Below, piece after piece: positions 35,193 to 40,404 of a stretch of 40,404 nucleotides of DNA. The position numbers and the translations under genes are program-made. The notes beneath the pieces are model-generated. The model was given only the letters and a program-made list of their open reading frames with translations. It did no database searches and was not told where the DNA came from. Each line of letters begins with the position of its first letter. Within the stretch, counting starts at the first letter, position 1. Source of the stretch: Clostridia bacterium. Its GTDB lineage: Bacteria > UBA6262 > WVXT01 > JAUXBS01. The stretch covers positions 1 to 40,404 of the forward strand of contig JAUXDE010000001.1 of the NCBI GenBank assembly GCA_030618495.1. The letters are read 5' to 3'.

Positions 35193-35265
35193 TGGAGATG
35201 GCGGGACTCGAACCCGCGGCCTATACGTTGCGAACGTACCGCTCTCCCAGCTGAGCTACATCCCC
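35193..35265 (-). tRNA. tRNA-Ala (anticodon CGC)
   Basis: The reverse complement GGGGATGTAGCTCAGCTGGGAGAGCGGTACGTTCGCAACGTAT...GCGGGTTCGAGTCCCGCCATCTCCA has a G3-U70 identity pair and discriminator A. Confidence 0.9.
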
Positions 35266-35276
35266 TTATCACTTTA

Positions 35277-36710
35277 CTATTTCGATAAATCCTTTATCAT
35301 CCTACCGGTAAGCTCGTCAATCATGGCTTCAACCCCGTCACCGGAAGAACATTCCCCCCTGTCAGAATACAGGACTATACCCGCCTTCACATCAACAACG
35401 TCAACACTCAGGGTATACCCGTCATCAAGTTTCCCCAGCCTGCCCATTACCACCACCTGGACATTCAGTGTTTCCCCAAGCCTGACTGCGCAGTCACTTG
35501 TAACACAATCTATCTTTTCCGATGACTGCCCTGCAAGCATTTCATCCATACCGCTTCTATCAACCACGTTCAGGGACTCTCCTGCCGCAAGTTTCCCCCT
35601 GAATAATCCGGCAATGGAATCAACCTCGTCCTGTGAAACCGGCGGCTGGGTTTTAAAGCCAATCACGGCAACATCCAACTTCCCGGCCCCTGTCCCCTCC
35701 GCCCTTGCCCTTCTTTTTCTTTTTATTTCTTTCCTCTTTTTATTGAGTTCAACTTCTTCCGTAATTTCCGTTTTAAACCCCTCAAACAGCCAGGTCAAAC
35801 CGAACCTCTGCACCCTGTTCTTCGCTGAATTTGACGGGATAAGAACCCAGTCAAAACATAACCTCTTGCCGCCTATACTTATCCCCAAATACAGGGTGTT
35901 GCCGTAACCGCTTCTCGTATTGAAGCCTATCCTCATGGCGGATACCCGGGACATGCCGTACTCGCATCCAACAGCAATGAAATTATCCTCGTTACCGGGA
36001 AAGTTGGCGTCAACGGCAAATGTAGCGCTTTCAAAGAATGACTTAATTGCAAACCCCACCCTGTAATTAACCGGAAGGTTTATCCACGGCTCCAACGCCG
36101 TCTCAGCTCCAGTCATAAACAAACCCGGGGACAGGTTCTGCACAACCCCCGACAGGGTTATTTTATCGGTAATCTTGAACAAAAGCCCCGTATCAATCCC
36201 CGCGGTGGAACGGAGGGACGTGCCCCCCCCGGCATCTTCTTCCAGGGTCTTAACCAGGTACTTAACGCTGGTCCCGACGCTTATTTTACTCTTGAGAAAA
36301 CTTCTACCGTAAGACGCCGTTAAAGCCATATCCCATACAACATCATATCCCGCAGGAACGCTAGAGTAAATACTGCTATAATTATAATAATAACCCGAAA
36401 CGCCCCATGTCCCGTAATCCTCGGTAGGGTGCGCGTAAAAAAGATTATTGTAATTACTGCCCTCGGTGTACATGCCCATGAGTTCCCTGCGTTTAAGTAT
36501 CCCCAACCCCGCAGGATTCCAGTAACCGGCGCTGGCGTCATCGGCAACCGCGGAAAACGCCCCCCCCATGCCCATTGCCCTTGCGCCTGCCCCGTAGAAC
36601 AGCAGCGCATACTCATCGGTATCATCCGCGCGGACACTCAAAGAACACATAAATAGCGCAACCAGGACAATACCGCCAACACAAATCTTTGACATATTTA
36701 TTCTCATCAT
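35277..36710 (-). CDS. Outer-membrane beta-barrel protein (TraF/PorV-like N-terminal barrel) fused to a C-terminal CsgG/LpoB-like domain
   Basis: 477 aa with a signal peptide. YALLFYGAGARAMGMGGAFSAVADDASAGYWNPAGLG is the TraF_2/PorV-type barrel signature. After a basic linker (KKRKEIKRKRRARAEG), the C-terminal 130 aa follow the VAV..F...D.L...L...G.F.VVDR..L...L.E pattern of CsgG/LpoB-type domains. Confidence 0.55.
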   Translation of the reverse strand: MMRINMSKICVGGIVLVALFMCSLSVRADDTDEYALLFYGAGARAMGMGGAFSAVADDASAGYWNPAGLGILKRRELMGMYTEGSNYNNLFYAHPTEDYGTWGVSGYYYNYSSIYSSVPAGYDVVWDMALTASYGRSFLKSKISVGTSVKYLVKTLEEDAGGGTSLRSTAGIDTGLLFKITDKITLSGVVQNLSPGLFMTGAETALEPWINLPVNYRVGFAIKSFFESATFAVDANFPGNEDNFIAVGCEYGMSRVSAMRIGFNTRSGYGNTLYLGISIGGKRLCFDWVLIPSNSAKNRVQRFGLTWLFEGFKTEITEEVELNKKRKEIKRKRRARAEGTGAGKLDVAVIGFKTQPPVSQDEVDSIAGLFRGKLAAGESLNVVDRSGMDEMLAGQSSEKIDCVTSDCAVRLGETLNVQVVVMGRLGKLDDGYTLSVDVVDVKAGIVLYSDRGECSSGDGVEAMIDELTGRMIKDLSK

Positions 36711-36805
36711 TTGGCAACCTCATTACCTGGTATCTCTATTCAACTCCTGCCCTCGCCTTTGACTTTACCTGCCTTCTTTCTCATTCCTTCATCTTAAGTT
36801 CTTCT

Positions 36806-36893
36806 ACGGAGAGGGTGGGATTCGAACCCACGGATCAGTTGCCCGATCTTACGCACTCCAAGCGTACGCACTCGGCCACTATGCGACCTCTCC
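36806..36893 (-). tRNA. tRNA-Ser (anticodon GGA), type II with long variable arm
   Basis: Acceptor GGAGAGG/CCTCTCC, anticodon stem TACGC/GCGTA with loop TTGGAGT, long variable arm, T loop TTCGAAT, discriminator G. Confidence 0.8.
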
Positions 36894-36972
36894 ATGATTA
36901 CTGCTTCGTAACGAATAAAAAACACCAGCGCCCGGTGACACCATACCCGATGGTAATGGAATGAATATATGG

Positions 36973-37062
36973 CGGAGAGGGAGGGATTCGAACCCCCGTG
37001 ACCCGGTAAAGGGCCAAGTCGATTTCGAGTCGACCCCGTTACAGCCACTTCGGTACCTCTCC
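36973..37062 (-). tRNA. tRNA-Ser (anticodon CGA), type II
   Basis: Same GGAGAGG acceptor. Anticodon stem GTCGA/TCGAC with loop CTCGAAA. Long variable arm. T stem with one G-U pair. Confidence 0.8.
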
Positions 37063-37067
37063 GCATC

Positions 37068-37553
37068 CTATTTCTCAGCCGTCACATACTTTGCAATCTC
37101 CGGGTTTGCCTTGAAATACTCCCCCTGGTAAACCTTGAAACCCACGAATACCACGGTACCGATAACCACCCATATCGCAAGTTTTATTATCTGAAGCTTC
37201 TTAAGAGCCGCAAAGAAGAAATACACCACGGTAAATGTCATTATAAGGCGCAGCGTATGAAGCGGCGCCAGCTCATAGCTCCAGTCAAATACCAGGAGTC
37301 CCCCCACGCCGTAGAACAAAAGAAACGGTATAGTGAAGTTCATGAACTGCCTGTTTTGAAATATCATCCCCACCGTTGCAAGCACCTGCACAAGAAAACA
37401 GGTGTTTACCATAATCCAGGCCACAAGCCCGTGATTAAGGTAAACATCAGCCATTATCCATTCCGACAGTCCGGGGGCAAGCGTGTAGAACACCATCATG
37501 AATGCCCAGATAATGAAGATACCGTTTAAAAAGATAAGCGCTTTTCTTATCAT
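37068..37553 (-). CDS. Hypothetical polytopic membrane protein
   Basis: 161 aa with 4-5 predicted TM helices. No recognisable motif. Confidence 0.5.
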   Translation of the reverse strand: MIRKALIFLNGIFIIWAFMMVFYTLAPGLSEWIMADVYLNHGLVAWIMVNTCFLVQVLATVGMIFQNRQFMNFTIPFLLFYGVGGLLVFDWSYELAPLHTLRLIMTFTVVYFFFAALKKLQIIKLAIWVVIGTVVFVGFKVYQGEYFKANPEIAKYVTAEK

Positions 37554-37570
37554 AAAAGAATCTCTTTATC

Positions 37571-37647
37571 TGGCACGCCCAGTCAGATTCGAACTGACGA
37601 CCTTCAGGTCCGCAACCTGACGTTCTATCCAACTGAACTATGGGCGC
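37571..37647 (-). tRNA. tRNA-Arg (anticodon read as GCG), CCA encoded
   Basis: The reverse complement GCGCCCATAGTTCAGTTGGATAGAACGTCAGGTTGCGGACCTGAAGGTCGTCAGTTCGAATCTGACTGGGCGTGCCA has a G1-U72 wobble and anticodon loop TTGCGGA. Confidence 0.75.
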
Positions 37648-37673
37648 GCCTTTATTTACCGGTGTGGCGTTTC

Positions 37674-38054
37674 CTACTTAATTTCTACGTTTGCCCCTGC
37701 GTCCTCAAGCTTCTTCACAATCTCATCCGCAGCCGCTTTGTCAACGCCTTCCTTGACAGGTTTCGGTACTCCGTCAACCAGAGCCTTTGATTCCTTAAGG
37801 CCAAGAGCGGTTATCTCACGGATAGCTTTGATAACCTGTATCTTCTGGGCACCCGCTCCTGTAAGAATAACGTCAAACTCCGTCTTCTCCTCAACAACCC
37901 CTGCAGCCCCTGCGCCTGCCGCCGCAACCGCAACCGGTGCCGCAGCCGATACCCCGAACTTCTCCTCAATTGCCTTAACCAGTTCGGAGAGTTCCACAAC
38001 CGTCATTTTCTCAATCTTCTTTAACATCTCTTCGTGCGCTTTTGCATCTGCCAT
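37674..38054 (-). CDS. rplL: 50S ribosomal protein L7/L12
   Basis: [35 protein letters not shown]...AGANVEIK. The start is set at ATG 38054 behind GGAGGAG. The longer track ORF adds an unlikely basic extension. Confidence 0.95.
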   Translation of the reverse strand: MADAKAHEEMLKKIEKMTVVELSELVKAIEEKFGVSAAAPVAVAAAGAGAAGVVEEKTEFDVILTGAGAQKIQVIKAIREITALGLKESKALVDGVPKPVKEGVDKAAADEIVKKLEDAGANVEIK

Positions 38055-38092
38055 CTTTTCTCCTCCTATCCTTTTTTTTATTTTTGCCCTTT

Positions 38093-38632
38093 TTACTTCT
38101 CTTTCTCTTCGCCCTTCTTCTTGCATACAGCGTCAAGCGCTGTCGCAACGCCCCTGATGATACTGTTCAAGGCTGTTGCAAGTCCGCCTATCGGCGCATT
38201 GAACGCCCCCGCAACCATGCCGATAAGCACTTCCCTTGAAGGCAGCGATGCCAGTTCCCTTACCTGGTCCGCATCAAGGACACTGCCGCCAAGCATACCC
38301 GCCTTGACTTTCATCGCCTTATGCTCCTTTGAGTAATCAACCAGGATTTTTGCCCCCGTTGCCACTTCCCCTTCGCCGTTAACCAGGGCAGAGGGGCCTT
38401 TCAGGTACTCATCCATGCCCTTAACCTTGAGTTTTGACATGATAAGCTTAACCAGGGTATTCTTTGCCACCGTTAACCTAAAACCGCCTTCCCTTACCTT
38501 ACCCCTCAACTCGGTAATTTCCTTGGCAGTAAGCCCCCTGTAGTCGGCAATTATAAAATCACCGTTCTTTTCAAGCTGCTTCCCGAAATCCTTAACGAAT
38601 GCTTCCTTGTCCGCCTTAGCTCTCCAGGCCAT
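38093..38632 (-). CDS. rplJ: 50S ribosomal protein L10
   Basis: 179 aa: [45 protein letters not shown]... L10 family. Confidence 0.9.
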   Translation of the reverse strand: MAWRAKADKEAFVKDFGKQLEKNGDFIIADYRGLTAKEITELRGKVREGGFRLTVAKNTLVKLIMSKLKVKGMDEYLKGPSALVNGEGEVATGAKILVDYSKEHKAMKVKAGMLGGSVLDADQVRELASLPSREVLIGMVAGAFNAPIGGLATALNSIIRGVATALDAVCKKKGEEKEK

Positions 38633-38777
38633 CTCCTACTCCTTTCTTAAGATAAAAAAACTTCTCCGAGACAGAATAATCCAAGAGAAGTTGAAATTAA
38701 CATCACTCTCGGCAGGATGGGTAACCAATTAAACCCCTCAGGGTACCTGCTGTCTCAGAATATGTTTTATCTATATA
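38633..38777 (-). promoter_or_regulatory. Structured rplJ leader (candidate L10-leader autoregulatory element / attenuator)
   Basis: In mRNA sense, CUGAGACAG...CUGUCUCGG is a long-range helix enclosing nested GCAGG/CCUGC and GGGU/ACCC stems. It is followed by a U7 run and then AAGAAAGGAGUA-AUG. Confidence 0.35.
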
Positions 38778-39569
38778 TTATTTATCGTTAAACATCTCCA
38801 GGCTTGCTTCCTCCCAGAAAACCTGCGCCTGGGCGCCCGCCATCCACTGCAACTGGCCGAAAGACAAGTCATAATCAACTAAAAAGTCTTCAAACCTTTC
38901 GGCAGGGAAGCGATCCTGGGAAAAAAGCATGAGCTTCCAGCCCGAAGAAGTATTAATTAAATAAAAAACCACCGGAAAAGTCAAGCTATTTTTTTTAAGC
39001 TCAATATACTTGTCGGCAACAGTGGGCATAAAAAGCCTCATATCGGAAACAAATGAACTTATTTCCTTATAAAACTTACCGGGGAACCTGACGGTAGCCC
39101 TTGTGGCAACAACGGCAAACTCATCAACCACTTCCTTTGAGATAACCGGCCCCGTTATCTCTGCCTCCGCGTCAACAAGGGCCTCAAGAAGACGTAAGTC
39201 CGAGTTTATCTTTGAGAGCTGTGATGACATCTCCTCAATTGTCTCTATATCAACCCCCTCTTCCTTCATGAGTTCTATCTCTTCCTTAAGCCCAAGCGTC
39301 TCCTCCCTGTTCATCAGTATAACTTCCCTGGTGTTCTTAACCCTCGTAGCCCGGTCATAAAAGGCGTACCACATGTTCCTTAAGGCCAGTTCCGTTATCC
39401 TCGCATCCATGGCCCCCTGGGAAGTTATATTCAGCAACCGCGCAGCCTTACGGAACTTCTTCTTACGGTAACTCCCGTAGAAATCGCCAAGAACCCCTTC
39501 GGGGCCTGAAGAATAAACAGGGCCCGAGAGAAATAAAAGAAATAGAATAATAAGGAATTTTCTTATCAT
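38778..39569 (-). CDS. Secreted hypothetical protein
   Basis: 263 aa with a signal peptide (MIRKFLIILFLLFLSGPVYSS). No recognisable domain. Confidence 0.5.
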   Translation of the reverse strand: MIRKFLIILFLLFLSGPVYSSGPEGVLGDFYGSYRKKKFRKAARLLNITSQGAMDARITELALRNMWYAFYDRATRVKNTREVILMNREETLGLKEEIELMKEEGVDIETIEEMSSQLSKINSDLRLLEALVDAEAEITGPVISKEVVDEFAVVATRATVRFPGKFYKEISSFVSDMRLFMPTVADKYIELKKNSLTFPVVFYLINTSSGWKLMLFSQDRFPAERFEDFLVDYDLSFGQLQWMAGAQAQVFWEEASLEMFNDK

Positions 39570-39764
39570 TTAATTTTGTGTAATGCGAATTGCCTTGTTA
39601 GGACAGACTCCCTCGCAACCTCCAAGCCTGTCACATTGATTCTCATCAGTGACACGGCACTTCCTGACACCCTCTTCAATATAGAGTATCTTCTTAGGGC
39701 ACATATCAACACACCTGCTGCAACCATTACAGCTGTCATCATGTATTATAACTATTTTATTCAT
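39570..39764 (-). CDS. 2x[4Fe-4S] ferredoxin
   Basis: 64 aa with CNGCSRCVDMCP and CDRLGGCEGVCP motifs. Its stop abuts the downstream gene start. Confidence 0.85.
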   Translation of the reverse strand: MNKIVIIHDDSCNGCSRCVDMCPKKILYIEEGVRKCRVTDENQCDRLGGCEGVCPNKAIRITQN

Positions 39765-39779
39765 GTCAATATACCTGGA

Positions 39780-39818
39780 AAAACAGAAAAATAAAGGATC
39801 GGAAAATACCGATCCTTT
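39780..39818 (-). terminator. Rho-independent terminator downstream of tRNA-Ser(GCU)
   Basis: A perfect 10-bp stem aaaggatcgg / ccgatccttt (39793-39802 and 39809-39818) with a 6-nt loop. On the minus strand it is followed by ATTTTTCTGTTTTTC. Confidence 0.55.
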
Positions 39819-39858
39819 AGTACTTCTTAATCCACCATATTCCTTTATTAAAGGATTC

Positions 39859-39951
39859 TGGCGGAGAGGGAGAGATTCGAACTCTCGCTAGGGTATACAC
39901 CCCACTACAGGTTTAGCAAACCCGCCCCTTCAGCCACTTGGGTACCTCTCC
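39859..39951 (-). tRNA. tRNA-Ser (anticodon GCU), type II, CCA encoded
   Basis: Acceptor GGAGAGG/CCTCTCC, anticodon stem CGGGT/ACCTG with loop TTGCTAA, long variable arm, T loop TTCGAAT, discriminator G, then CCA. Confidence 0.8.
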
Positions 39952-40260
39952 TACCGTCGATAAACTGCTTATTTTGAACCTTCTGATTTTGCTCTGGTGT
40001 CCATTTGGTGTCCATGATCCTTGATGCAAGAACTTCAACAGCATTTTTCTTGTGCCTGGGTGAAAGATGTGCATACCTTAGTGTTGTATCAATCTTCGCA
40101 TGCCCTAATATCTCTTTCACAGTAATCAAATCAACTCCTGACATTACCATATATGAAACTGCTGTATGCCTCAAATCATGAAACCTGAAATTCTTAATTC
40201 CTGCCTTTTTTAAACACTCCCATGATGAACTCCTTTCGTTATTATATTATTTTTTCTTTA
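39905..40260 (-). pseudogene. Tyrosine recombinase/integrase C-terminal catalytic fragment (truncated), reading into tRNA-Ser
   Basis: The frame reads ...LKKAGIKNFRFHDLRHTAVSYMVMSGVDLITVKEILGHAKIDTTLRYAHLSP..., with HxxR and the catalytic Tyr box. An in-frame TAA sits about 27 codons upstream of the HDLRHT box. No N-terminal integrase domains are present in frame. The 3' end overlaps 46 nt of the tRNA. Confidence 0.6.
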
Positions 40261-40404
40261 AAAATCAAGATTTCTTTTTTATTTTCTTTATACTGCAAGG
40301 GTAATCAAAAGTATTATCAGCCAGCCATCTATCAATACTATCAAGGCTGAATCGCACCAAATGCCCGCACTTAATAAACGGAATTGTGTCCTGGTGAATC
40401 CAGC

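Noticed and set aside
39905-40174. Treating the ORF-track entry (MRHTAVSY..., 89 aa) as an intact small gene
   Set aside because: Its M is a TTG inside a continuous integrase frame (FRFHDLRHT) that is interrupted by a TAA further upstream. Its 3' end overlaps the tRNA. It is a fragment, not a gene.
1-40404. CRISPR arrays, rRNA genes, tmRNA, SRP RNA, RNase P RNA
   Set aside because: No regularly spaced short direct repeats and no rRNA-like stretches were seen. I looked for tmRNA and SRP RNA signature strings and found none. A covariance-model scan would be needed to be certain for small ncRNAs.

Overview
This is a bacterial chromosomal segment of roughly 45% GC, with almost every gene on the minus strand. 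The protein set (porGDAB-type pyruvate:ferredoxin oxidoreductase, many TPR and membrane proteins, GAF-fused secretion ATPase) suggests an anaerobic, probably uncultured lineage. No lineage is asserted.

Recognisable housekeeping genes are partial rimO, truA, a DEAD-box helicase, porG-porD-porA-porB, recR, dnaX and rplJ-rplL. There are seven minus-strand tRNAs: Thr-UGU, Asn-GUU, Ala-CGC, Arg-GCG and three Ser (GGA, CGA, GCU).

Accessory or unusual content:
- A HUH/Y1 (RAYT / IS200-like) transposase gene bounded by perfect 25-bp inverted repeats, sitting 3 bp upstream of rimO.
- An orphan secretion ATPase with GAF, GspE_N and PilB/GspE ATPase domains, next to an RCK-gated channel with an atypical TVGFSE pore.
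- A co-directional array that looks like a peptide- or protein-modification and export module: FAD oxidoreductase, ZnuA-like lipoprotein, FtsX/MacB-type permease, ABC ATPase, membrane-anchored hypothetical, radical-SAM/SPASM enzyme and a translationally coupled 61-aa membrane peptide. This is the main candidate for an undescribed system.
- An AT-rich block (about 18.8-23.1 kb) with a polytopic TPR-tailed membrane protein, a DUF3943-like protein, GIY-YIG and PAS genes that share a 22-bp palindromic upstream motif, and an IS3 OrfB remnant.
- A cluster of TonB-dependent receptor, small polytopic membrane protein, MobB-like P-loop protein (TTG start, TTGA coupling), a 52-aa ORF with a strong Shine-Dalgarno sequence, a G8 tract, and a THEP1-type NTPase, lying next to the por operon.
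- dnaX carries an in-frame duplicated hairpin-forming repeat and a G7 run at the position corresponding to the gamma/tau junction.
- An outer-membrane barrel fused to a CsgG/LpoB-like domain.
- rplJ-rplL detached from rplKA and rpoBC, with a structured leader.
- A tyrosine-integrase C-terminal fragment reading into tRNA-Ser(GCU).

No CRISPR array and no rRNA were seen.
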